DNA of 64,000 nucleotides from the NCBI RefSeq assembly GCF_006345805.1, contig NC_042998.1, forward strand, positions 160,084,001-160,148,000, given 5' to 3'. Source of the DNA: Octopus sinensis (Eukaryota). The notes under the pieces were generated by a model, which had not been told where the DNA came from, did no database searches, and saw only the letters and a program-made list of their open reading frames with translations. Below, one piece after another: positions 13,031 through 23,379 of this stretch. A program made the translations under genes and the position numbers. Positions within the stretch are counted from its first letter, which is position 1, and every line of letters starts with the position of its first letter.

Positions 13031-14464
13031 GTGTCGGTCAATGCTGAAGTGAAAGCAGCTCCAAGCAGGATTGACAGTGATATGCCTATCAAAGACCGAC
13101 CACCAATCACAAACAAACAGGAGATGGAAGGACTAAGCAGAAAGGTCCACCACATTGTAAATGTGACAACCAATAAGCTAGCGGAAATCAAAGAGGAGAC
13201 CAGCAAAGATGAAGAACTTCAGCTCCTTACTCAGATGGTGATTCAGGGGTGGCCAGAAAAGAGACATCAGGTGCAACCCCTGATTCGTGAATATTGGGCC
13301 ATCCATGATGATATATCAGTGGAGAATGGGATCCTGATGGCTGGATCCCGAATAAATATACCCAAGTCAATGCAAGAAGAGATTCTTGACAAGATCCACC
13401 AAGGGCATCTAGGAATGGAAAAATGCAAGCTCCGAGCCAAGTCAGCAGTATATTGGGTAGGCATGTACAAAGACATAGAAAAGACAGTTTCTACATGCCA
13501 CATCTGTCAAAAGTACAGAAACTCACAACAAAAGGAGGAAATGATATCTAGTGACATCCCAAGAAGGCCATGGCAAACAATTGGAGTAGATCTATTCACA
13601 GAGGGCCAAGAATGGTATTTAATAATGGCCTGCTACTACTCCAAATTTCCATTTGTGAGAAAAGTGAAAGACCTGACAGCCAAAACAATCACTACAGTGG
13701 CTCGAGGACTCCTAGCAGAGCAAGGAATACCAGAGCAGATCATATGTGACAATGGAACCCAGTTCACATCACAAGAATTCAAAAAGCTAGCCGATGAGTA
13801 TGGGTTCAATATTACAACTTCATCTCCACACTACCCCAAAGGTCATGGGTTTATAGAAAGACAGGTGCAGACAGTGAAGAGAACACTAGTCAAATGCCGT
13901 GAGACTAAGGAAGACCCACACCTGGCACTTCTGTCTCTACGAGCGACACCACTGAGAGCTGATATGAAATCCCCAGCAGAATTGTTGAATGGCAGGAGGT
14001 ATAAAACTACCCTGCCAACTAAGATCCAACCTCCTATTGACCAGGAAGAAACAAGGGTAAAGCTAGCAGCCACTCAAGAACAATCACAGAGGTATTACAA
14101 CAAACATGCACAATATTTACCTGAGATACTTGGAGGACAACATGTGCATACTCAAGATCCCATAACTAAAACATGGATTCCAGCAAAGGTTGTCAGTAGA
14201 GCTGAAACTCCAAGATCATATATAATAGAAACAGAATCTGGTAGGCAGCTGAGACGCAACAGGGCCCACATCCGCCCAACACCAGAGCTGTCGAGGAAAA
14301 CGTGTACAACACCTGCTGCATTGGTGACAACACCCACAGAATCATCACCCCAACGGGCACCAACCACAAATCAGCAGCCCAACAACACACATCAGACACC
14401 GGTGCGAAGCACAAGATCCACCAGATGGAGAAAGAACATTCTGCCACCGGTTCGATACCGTTGA
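13031..14464 (+). CDS. Gypsy integrase ORF (open, fused to the post-protease linker)
   Basis: HHCC (IHQGHLG...CHIC) and DDE triad (IGVDLF, CDNGTQF, GFIERQV); C-terminal PRSYII..RRNR motif. Confidence 0.9.
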   Translation: MSVNAEVKAAPSRIDSDMPIKDRPPITNKQEMEGLSRKVHHIVNVTTNKLAEIKEETSKDEELQLLTQMVIQGWPEKRHQVQPLIREYWAIHDDISVENGILMAGSRINIPKSMQEEILDKIHQGHLGMEKCKLRAKSAVYWVGMYKDIEKTVSTCHICQKYRNSQQKEEMISSDIPRRPWQTIGVDLFTEGQEWYLIMACYYSKFPFVRKVKDLTAKTITTVARGLLAEQGIPEQIICDNGTQFTSQEFKKLADEYGFNITTSSPHYPKGHGFIERQVQTVKRTLVKCRETKEDPHLALLSLRATPLRADMKSPAELLNGRRYKTTLPTKIQPPIDQEETRVKLAATQEQSQRYYNKHAQYLPEILGGQHVHTQDPITKTWIPAKVVSRAETPRSYIIETESGRQLRRNRAHIRPTPELSRKTCTTPAALVTTPTESSPQRAPTTNQQPNNTHQTPVRSTRSTRWRKNILPPVRYR

Positions 14465-14653
14465 AGAAAAAAAAAAAAAGAAAATGAAAAGAGAAGTATC
14501 TAATTCAGCCAAACTACAAAGCAGAGGCAGAATAATCTCACGACTTCTGCTGTAGGATTGCCACCTCAGGCTGACAATCCATAGAGCAAGGGAGACTACT
14601 CATGTTGTCTTCACTGCCAAAAGACCCCTTTATTTTTTTTCAAGAAGAAGGGA

Positions 14654-14871
14654 TGTTACACATTCATATCTATGTGTTTACGTATACCAAACTACATCTC
14701 CACTCTTGGCACTATTTTGTTAATGAACAGTACAACTGTGTGTAAAGTATACAATGTATTACTACGCTGAATGTCGTCGTCCGTGTATCATGAATAGTCA
14801 ATAAACACGTAATAATAACAATGATTTTCATTTGGTTGTCTATCCCATTAGAACCCAAACTACACATAACA
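14654..14871 (+). repeat. 3' LTR (218 bp)
   Basis: Follows the PPT; TGTTA...TAACA; internal AATAAA; followed by the TSD. Confidence 0.92.
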
Positions 14872-15160
14872 TTGACATACAATATATACAATTTAAAAAC
14901 ACAATATACAGTATGCAGACACACGTGCTGAATACAATATATACAATACACACACACACAAACACTCCACAAACATACTTAGTTGAAAGGCCGTTGACTG
15001 CGTTGTGGCTTCTCCGCCCTTTGACAGGTCTTATATTTTTGTCCCGCAGTGTGTTCAACAAGCAAGCCTGGTGGGGTTGCCAGTTTAGTCGCCGACGAGC
15101 CGATCATGAAACGGGTTGTCCTGGACTACATAGTACCAGCAGCACTCAAGAGTGACCTGA

Positions 15161-15277
15161 CATATACATAATACATACATACATACATACATACATACAT
15201 ACATACATACATACATACACACACATATATATATATAAACGATAATACAAATAATATATGTATTACAAATAGTATAT

Positions 15278-15342
<65 letters not shown>

Positions 15343-15441
15343 ATACAAATAGTATATATATATGCATATATATATATATATATATATACATATACATACA
15401 TACATACATACATACACATATATATATATAATATATATTAT

Positions 15442-15473
<32 letters not shown>

Positions 15474-15509
15474 ATGTGTATGTATGTATGTATGTATATA
15501 TATATATGC

Positions 15510-15574
<65 letters not shown>

Positions 15575-15575
15575 A
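15161..15575. repeat. (ACAT)n/(TA)n compound microsatellite
   Basis: Direct inspection. Confidence 0.95.
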
Positions 15576-15679
15576 ACAAATACTAAAAAATAAACACTCA
15601 ATTTGATTTATACCAAATAATTTAGAAATATCAATGGTTATTTCCCTTGGCTATTAATATGAAATATATTAGATATATA

Positions 15680-15866
15680 TAAGGATCCATTCCAGGGGCC
15701 CTATTATCGATTTTTTCAACAATCTGAGTATACTGTGAGGTTTCCAGACATGAGTTCAACTCATATGTCAAGTTTCATCAAAATCGATAAAAAGATGTAG
15801 GACGAGTTAGTTAACAACTCCACAAACACACCTACAGACAGAAGTTCCCACATATTTAGTAGATTA
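15680..15866 (+). mobile_element. Helentron/DINE-like non-autonomous element 3' part
   Basis: aagtttcatcaaaatcg motif, acagacaga segment, ends tagtagatt. Confidence 0.45.
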
Positions 15867-16059
15867 TCATTTTACTTGTAACTAGACATTTTCTGTTTTA
15901 AAACCCATGAAAAATTATTTTTGGGTGGTTTTGTGAGGCTGGAACGAATCAATTATATTTTAGTTAATTTCAAAGGGGAAAATTGATTTGTAAAACGAGC
16001 TCGGTCGTGGAACGAATTAAACTCGTACAGTGAAGTATCAGTGATACTCCGTATATACG

Positions 16060-16830
16060 GAAAAAAGTCAAGGTAGAAAATGCTAAAGTTATTTCATAAA
16101 AAAACATTTCAGTACCGGTTTTAGTCATTGAGACTTTTTCAACTGTAAGTATCAAAAACAATTAAATTTTAGAAAAGTTAAAAGAAAGTTTTTTAAAGAA
16201 TATTTGCATAGTATTCAAATACAAGAGGCATTTTACGTGTTTCTGCTGTCTCTGTCTCTCTTGTTTACTCTTGTGGATTCGATATCGTTGTGAATTCTTG
16301 GCAGAGAAGAGGAAGAAGAAAAAGAAGAAGAAGAAGAAGAAAAGAAGAAGAAGAAGAAGAAGAAGAAGAAGAAGGAGGAGGAGGAAGAGAATGTGGAAGT
16401 ACCATGATAGTAGTAGGATGTTAAATGATCAAGTGACCTAAAAGTGAGTTGTGGATTACAGCAGTGATTGGGACTTTTTTTAATGAATTCTTGGGTATCT
16501 CTTGAATGTATCATTTTTAATATGTGCGTGTGTGTGTGTTATTCTAAGGCCGTGGTGGATATGTCACTTGTTGCAGATGCGTTCAAAAGTGGTCTGCATT
16601 TTGTAATAAAGAAAGTCTCTTTACTAATTCGTTGGCTACAGGAGGCATCGTACCTGAATTGGTAGAAGGGGAAAATTCTGAAGCTTGGATTTTTGTTATT
16701 GGCGCAAATATCGATGTGTTGGCTGAATGTAATTTTTCTATTTTTGGGAATTTTGATCGGGGATCTGTGCAGAGCCATCCTTTGACGGAGACTGTTTTTT
16801 GTCTGGCCTATGTATTGCTCTTGAATGTAC
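16060..16830 (-). mobile_element. Penelope-like element 3' fragment: GIY-YIG endonuclease plus pseudo-LTR remnant
   Basis: QYIGQTKNSLRQRMALH...RISKETFFITKCRPLLN (GIY-YIG); degenerate hammerhead motif at 16110-16145 downstream on the same strand. Confidence 0.85.
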
Positions 16831-17464
16831 ACAATCTGAGTGAGTGTACAGGCTTGTGCGTGTGCGCCCACGGACAGATGTGCACACTCGCATCAATGTA
16901 CACATGCACGTAAAATTATATGAGCGCATCTACACACCCATATATAGAACTATATACTTGCACATGTCGACTCTTCCTACTTCTAATCACCACATGCCGC
17001 TCCTTCCGGCTTCTAATCACCACGTGGGTCATTTGCTGTCCTCCACGTGGTCAATTTCCTGTTCAACATGCGGCATTTTCCAATTAATTGTTACCCACAT
17101 ACCCACATCAAACCACGACACTGTGTGACCTTCTTCGACCAATCGCAGCCCACCTTACGGTAATAACAATCAGCTTCTGGCATTCAAATTCAAAATGGCT
17201 GACGACTAGCATCACGCTTGAAACTCAAGAGTAACAACGAATTTCATTCAAACTGTTTTGATGCATACATGTGACTCCCAATAAATTGGTTGAGTGGCCG
17301 TCTTTCGTTTTTTCACTTACTCGTGTACACACACACACACGCACACACACACACACGCACACACACACACACACACACACTCACACACTCACACTCATAT
17401 AAAAACACAAACACACACACACACTCACACACTCACACTCATAAAAAAACACACACACACGCAC

Positions 17465-20400
17465 ATGGTGGTTGTCTACTCCTTATGCAGAGTTTGACCA
17501 CCTTAGATCCATCATGGTATCTGATGTGGCTTTTTAAACCAGACAATGTATTGAAAAGACACCCACATAGAATGCATATCCGATTTGGACCACTAAGAGC
17601 TGCAGTTAAGTTCTGATCTTTGTAGATCTTAAAATGTCTTTTGAGGCCTCCGTTACAATTGCAGACATTATGGCATACACGGCATTGGAAGGTGTGCACA
17701 GTTATATAAGTAGAATAGATGATAGAGGTTCGTTTTCATGGGTCCGCAAATGAGATTTAAGCCCAGCAAAAGAAAAGTATGGTCTATCACTAACTGTGCA
17801 TACAAAAAGGTCATTTAGATTCACCTTCCCGATTGCAACATTCTTCTTTAAATCTCTCTTGGGTCTTGCATATCTTATCCTGGCCTCCTCAAACGCTTTC
17901 ACTCCACTCCAACTATTGATTACCATCCAGCTCCACCCGAAGCAAGGGTTTCTATGACCTTTAGATCCATTCCTAGTAGTCCTTATGCCATCCTTAAACC
18001 TTTTTTTGTTGTTGTTATAGGTCTACACCGGTTGCGTTACTCCTCTGCAAGCTCGTCATAAGACAGCTATTTGGGTGTGCGTTCATCCGCTATTCGAACA
18101 ATATGACCAGACCATCTCATTTGGTTTTTCAGAATTATTGATTTCATTGAAGTGATGCCTACAGACGCAAAGACATTGTGTCTGGAGTAAAGAAGCCCCA
18201 TTTAATGTTTAAAATGCGGCGGAGGCATTTTTGGTGGAATCGTTCAAACAATTTGAAATGTCTTTCATAATACGTCCATGTTCCGGAAGAATACAACAGA
18301 GTTAGTAAGACAAACGATTTGTAAAGAACCAATTTTGTGTTGTTATTTATATGTCGTTGGCGACACACGCGTGACTCCAAACCGCCAAATATTTGTGCTG
18401 CCCTTTGAATTCGCAGATATATTTCTGTGTCCAGATTTCTATTATTATGTACAGAGCTTCCAAGGTAAATAAAGGAGTCCAATAATTTACCTATTTCTTT
18501 ATTACCCACAAGGGGCTAAAGACAGAGGGGACAAACAAGGACAGACATAGGTATTAAGTCGATTACATCGACCCCAGTGCATTACTGGTACTTAATTTAT
18601 CGACCCCGAAAGGATGAAAGGCAAAGCCGACCTCGGCGGAATTTGAACTCAGAACGTAACGACAGACGAAATACGGCTACGCATTTCGCCCGACGTGCTA
18701 ACGTTTCTGCCAGCTCGCCGCCTTAATTTACCTCCAATAATTTACCGATAACGAAAATTTTAGGCGCGTTGCAAGAGTACCACGTGCAGGTTGAAACATT
18801 ACAACTGTTCTTTTTTTTTCAAGTTGATGGTTAAGCCAAAATCATCACAAGCTGTGTCAGATGCAGATACAAGAGATTGCAGGCCCATTTCAGAGTGATT
18901 GACTAGATTGCAATCGTCAGCGTATAAGAGTTCCCTAATGAGTGAATTAAAACCTTTGGTTTTGAATTTCAGTTTGGTCAGATTAAAAACATTCCCTGCT
19001 GTTGGATATTTTATGTAAATACCCTCTTCGGAGTTTTGAAAAGCGCGTGACAGCACAGCAGCAAAGTATATTGCAAAGAGGGTGGGTGCATCAAGGTCTC
19101 CTTGCTTTACTCCATTTTCCACGGCAAAAGATTCAGAGAGCCGACCACCAAAATTAACTCTAGCCTTCATATCTGGACGCAAAGCCCTGATCATGTTTAC
19201 AAATTTTTCTGAGCAACCTGAAATCCTTAGAATTAGCCACAGAGCATTTCGATTAATAGTATCGAATGTGTCGCTGAAATCAACAAAGTATAGGGCAAGA
19301 TTCTGTCCAATGCACTTTTCCTGAAATTGTCTGATAACTAAAGATACAATTAACTGTGCTCCTAGATGAGCAAAAGCCACATTAAGACTCAAACACTATA
19401 TTTGTAACTATGAAGGTATTTAAACATTCGAACAGAATGCAGACAGAAGCGAAATCCCACAAAAATTACCACACAGATCCTTTGTCCCCGATTTATACAA
19501 GGAGACTAAACTGGCATCAATCCAGTCTTGAGGCACTTCCTCAGTTCTCCAATAGTGACGAAAGCATTTTGTCACTCCCATGTTTCAAAAGCTCTACACA
19601 GATTCCACCAGACTCTGCACTTACTCTTTCAGCTTTCTCTATGCTTCGTTTGAGTCAGTGTTCAAGGATTCAGAATGAACTGTATTGCCTAAGTTTTGTT
19701 TTTCAAAAACTAGATCGTGAATTTCTGGTGATTTGTCTGAAAACCAGTCACTGGATTTAAATCCCACTGAAGAAAACGCAGCCTGAAATACTTTTGTTTT
19801 GAAATCTTCCTTCCCATAGATTGTTTCGATCAAAACTGATATTTTCTTTACCGCCGTGGAATCTTTGCAAGTTGCTTGGTAATTTGTAGTTTGCAATATT
19901 TAACTTTTTCAGTACCTAAGGACCAGACTGTCGACTTTTAGGCATTATCGAAAGATTCATTTTTCTACGCACTAGACAATGGTCAGTCCAGCTCTCCTCT
20001 CATGCCCTGAACACAGGAAACATCTTTCATATCACGCTTTGTAAGCAAAATATAATCTATGGGGTGCCAATCCTTAGATCTTGGGTGCATCCAGGTGGTT
20101 TTATATTTATTTTCCTACTTAAACAGAGTGTTGGTAACAACCAGATTATTCTCAGCACAAAACGTCAAAAGAGCTACTCCATTTTTATTACAGTTTCCAA
20201 TCCCATGTCGGCCTAAAATAGGCCATAAAATGTAGTCCTTTCCAACTCTTGCGTTGAAATTTTCTAATATGATTATCTTGTCGGAAATGGGTATTTTCCT
20301 CGCTAATTGTAAGTGCATTTTTAGGTTTCTGCCAACCAATTCAATGATTCTACTAAGATTTGGTGCACGAGCAGTACCTGTGCAGATGAATAATTTTCAG

Positions 20401-20745
20401 TGGGTGTATCTTGCACTGTACTACCCCCATCTGTTGGCCCAAGAAGACTTTCGCTGGTGCGACATGAGAATTGAGAAAACCAGGAACTTAACAAGGCCTC
20501 AGATTTTATCTTGGAGATTTCCTTCTACCAACCAAGGTTAAAGAGCTTCTACTTACACATGAGGTTGGCTTTCTCGTGCCAGACACCAAACCGATACCCA
20601 AACGCTCCATAGAGTGATTAAATATAATTCCGGTGTCCGACGCGGAGCAGCTCTTATGTATATACATACATAAAAAGATACATATTTAACCATTTTGTTG
20701 GATGGCCGTTGACTATTCATGAGTTTCTCCGGCCTTTGTGTGTGT
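17465..20745 (-). mobile_element. Second decayed RTE LINE with C2H2 fingers
   Basis: APE fragment (ENFNARVG), RT (VDFSDTFD, KQGDLDAP, YADD), YLGS region, CRVCHNVC..H..; (TG)n tail at 17325-17465. Confidence 0.88.
18493..18723 (-). mobile_element. Young tRNA-related SINE inserted in the RTE
   Basis: ggcggcgagctggcagaa...gagttcaaattcc...gcctttcatcctttcggggtcgataaattaagtaccag; TSD taatttacct at 18483 and 18724; absent from the paralogous RTE copy. Confidence 0.9.
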
Positions 20746-20830
20746 GTTTGAGTGTACACACACAAACACACACACACACATGCACACACACACACACATG
20801 CGCGCACACACGCGCACACACACACACACA

Positions 20831-21714
20831 TTGGGTCATCCCAAAAATAATGCGCTTTTTTTTAAAGTTGCATGAACTAAAAGTCGAAGAGGGACGGGAT
20901 AAACTACCTACATCAACTTGCTATAAAAGTAGGTAGTAATTTTACCTTGTCCTTATTCTTAATGCAAGTTTTGAAGAGTGCAGTTCGATTTTAACAGTTA
21001 TTTTTTCAAAGCTATAATGGAAGTGACAAAGGAGCACATTCAGCATATTTTGCTTTATGAGTTCAATAAAGGAAAGAACGCAACGGAAAGTGCGAGGAAT
21101 ATTAATAAGCAGAAGTCAGGGTCACCGGTGGTTCCAGAAATTCGGAGCCGGAAACTACAGCCTGAAAGACGAGCCCTGTCCTGGAAGATCTGTAGGGCTC
21201 GACGAGGACGTCCTGCAAACCCTGGTGGGAAAAATCCCATCGTAACTGTTGAGGAACTAGCAGAGATGCTTGGATTTGGTCATTCAAGTCAGTGCTAGAA
21301 GAAAAACGACTAACTTTGGTTTCAAGGCGAAAGGTGTTCTTCCATCAGGATAATACTCGGCCTCATAGAGCGAGGGTGATATTTCAAAGGCTTGATCAGT
21401 TTGGATGGAAAACGATGCCCCACTCACCATATTCACCAGACATTGCCCCATTTGATTATCATTTATTCCGCAGTCTTCAAAATCATTTCGACGGAAAATA
21501 TATGAATTCTATAGACGAGATCAGAACAGTACTAGAAGAGTATTTTTCGTCACGGGCAAGTGAATTTTGGAAGAGGGGCCTTGCAAGTGTACCAGATAGA
21601 TGGAAGAGTATTGTAGAAAATGAAGGAGAGTCTAATTTAGATTAAAACAGAACTTTGTCTTAATTTTGTAAAATAAAAGTATTAAAAAACCGCATTATTT
21701 ATGGGATGGCCCAG
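20831..21714 (+). mobile_element. Internally deleted mariner
   Basis: TIRs ttgggtcatcccaaaaataatgcg / cgcattatttatgggatggcccag; MEVTKEHIQHILLYEF N-terminus; HQDNTRPH...YSPDIAPFDYHLF. Confidence 0.9.
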
Positions 21715-21787
<73 letters not shown>

Positions 21788-21789
21788 TG

Positions 21790-22450
21790 TACGTACCTAC
21801 CTCTACATGTATATATACACGCATATATGGGTACAGGACACCAAAAAAACGTCGAATACAATGAGAATCGAAAACATACACACAAAACCAAGGAACTGGA
21901 CATTTTTCTTAAACTACAAAAAAATAGAGTACAGGACAAATAACACAAGGAAAATTCCCCTTCTTCAGTCGCCATGGTTTCATCTACTCTGCGTTTCGAA
22001 GGTGAAGGCGATACGCAACTTCGATAGAAACTTTCCTTCCTGCGAAAAGCAAATCAAATAAAATTTGAGATCTTTTTGCGGAGAGGTAAAAATGGTAACA
22101 AAAACAGGACAGTAACGACAGTACAAAATATAAACAGTAAAAGAAAGGACAAGGAGAATAACAAGACAAAAAAGGGCTGTTAAGCCGAACGAAAAAAAGT
22201 ATTGCGAACGCTATTTTTGAGGACGGCGAAGGAGCTAAGAAAAATGCCGTCCACACTTCAAGGAAGTCAGGTCAGAAAGACAGTGGCAAAGCTCTCGTCG
22301 CAGGTTAACGGCGGGAGGGAGGAGGAGGAGTAAGAGAAAGGGAGAGAAAAAAGGGGAATGGTTGTGAGGAAACCAGAAAGAATGAAGAATGAGAGAGAGG
22401 GAGAGAGGGAGAGAGAGAGAGAGTGAAGAATGAGAGAGAGAGGGAGAGAC
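21790..22450. mobile_element. Repeat related to the 25950-26712 fold-back element (possible Penelope-type terminal region)
   Basis: gcatatatgggtacaggac...aattccccttcttcagtc...gtttcatctactc shared with 26070-26460. Confidence 0.55.
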
Positions 22451-22574
22451 ACGCATCCATTTCTAAGTAAGATTGTTCTTGATATTAATAATGATGCGTA
22501 CTCTTGACCTTTCTGTCCCCTCCCTTTCTCAGCCTTCATTTATTCTGGTTTCCTTTTCTTCTACTTAACTGTCT

Positions 22575-23020
22575 CTGTCAAGACTATTTAAGCATTTTAT
22601 CTGATCAAATTCATCCTATGGTTGTGGAACTGTTTCCGGAGGGAAACGCAGTCTATCAGGATGATAATGCACCAATTCACACAGCTAAACTTGTTACTGA
22701 ATGGCACAAGGAACATTCTATTGAAGTTGAATATCTTATCTGGTCATCACAGTCTCCAGATCTCAGTATTATTGAACATTTATAGTGCATTTTAGAAAAA
22801 CACGTAAGGAGTCGATAACCTCCAACATCATCACTACAAGAACTGGAGACTGTTTTAGCTGAAGAATGGACAAAAAGTCATTTGGAAACAATTCAAACTT
22901 TGTATGAGTCCATACCTCGTAGAATTCAAGCTGTAGTTACTGCCAAAGGCAGTCCTACTCCATATTAAAATAAATTTGTTTGAAATTTTAAGGTGTTTCC
23001 ATAATTTTGCCAAACCCCTG
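22575..23020 (+). mobile_element. Tc1 (DD34E) 3' fragment
   Basis: YQDDNAPIHTAK...WSSQSPDLSIIEHL; TIR-like end ttttgccaaacccctg. Confidence 0.8.
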
Positions 23021-23379
23021 GATACAAACACACATGCGAGGGCAATCAACACATGAAAAATGAATAAAATGAAATATACAATGAAATTGCAACGGTCACC
23101 CCGGCCCCGCTCCGGGATGATTACGTGATTTCAATTATTTCAAACAAAGAGCCTTTAATAGTTCTTTAAAACAATCTCAACTTACCATTTTATGTCACTT
23201 TTAATGTCATCATAATGCCCCACTGGGGCGCTGGGTTCAATACTCACCTCGGACCCCAGTGGATTTACCTCTGAATGAAAAGCTTCTTTCAGAGTTCTAT
23301 ATTTTCCTTCTTCCATCAGAATACATCTTGGTATTCAGTAAATGGCACAAAAGGCTTGATAACGTCAGGGCAACAGGTC

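Larger units (their letters stand above)
11609..14871 (+). mobile_element. Ty3/Gypsy (Mag-like) LTR retrotransposon lacking RT/RNase H
   Basis: TGT...ACA termini, 5-bp TSD TTGAC (11604-11608 and 14872-14876), PBS TGGTGGCAGCGGT (tRNA-Leu 3' complement) at 11659, PPT AAGAAGAAGGGA at 14642-14653; gag, protease and integrase present. Confidence 0.95.
7508..15160 (-). mobile_element. Near-full-length RTE-clade LINE (APE + RT + C2H2 zinc fingers), 5' UTR interrupted by a Gypsy element
   Basis: APE ORF 9994-10992, RT ORF 7565-9499, short 3' UTR ending gggggcagccatcatgtatg; 5' UTR sequence at 10993-11603 appears to resume after the Gypsy TSD at 14877-15160 (5' extent is inferred). Confidence 0.85.

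Noticed and set aside
15085-15601. Long YI/MYVC-rich ORFs (also 21682-21975, 35127-35370, 17290-17616)
   Set aside because: Translations of TA, TATG and CA microsatellites.
21955-22040. Type II hammerhead from CGAAAC...CTGAAGA on the minus strand
   Set aside because: Stem I does not pair and the stem II register is off.
23220-23265. tRNA gene
   Set aside because: Only a B-box-like GGTTCAATAC within a hairpin; no cloverleaf. SINE heads elsewhere were likewise not called tRNAs.
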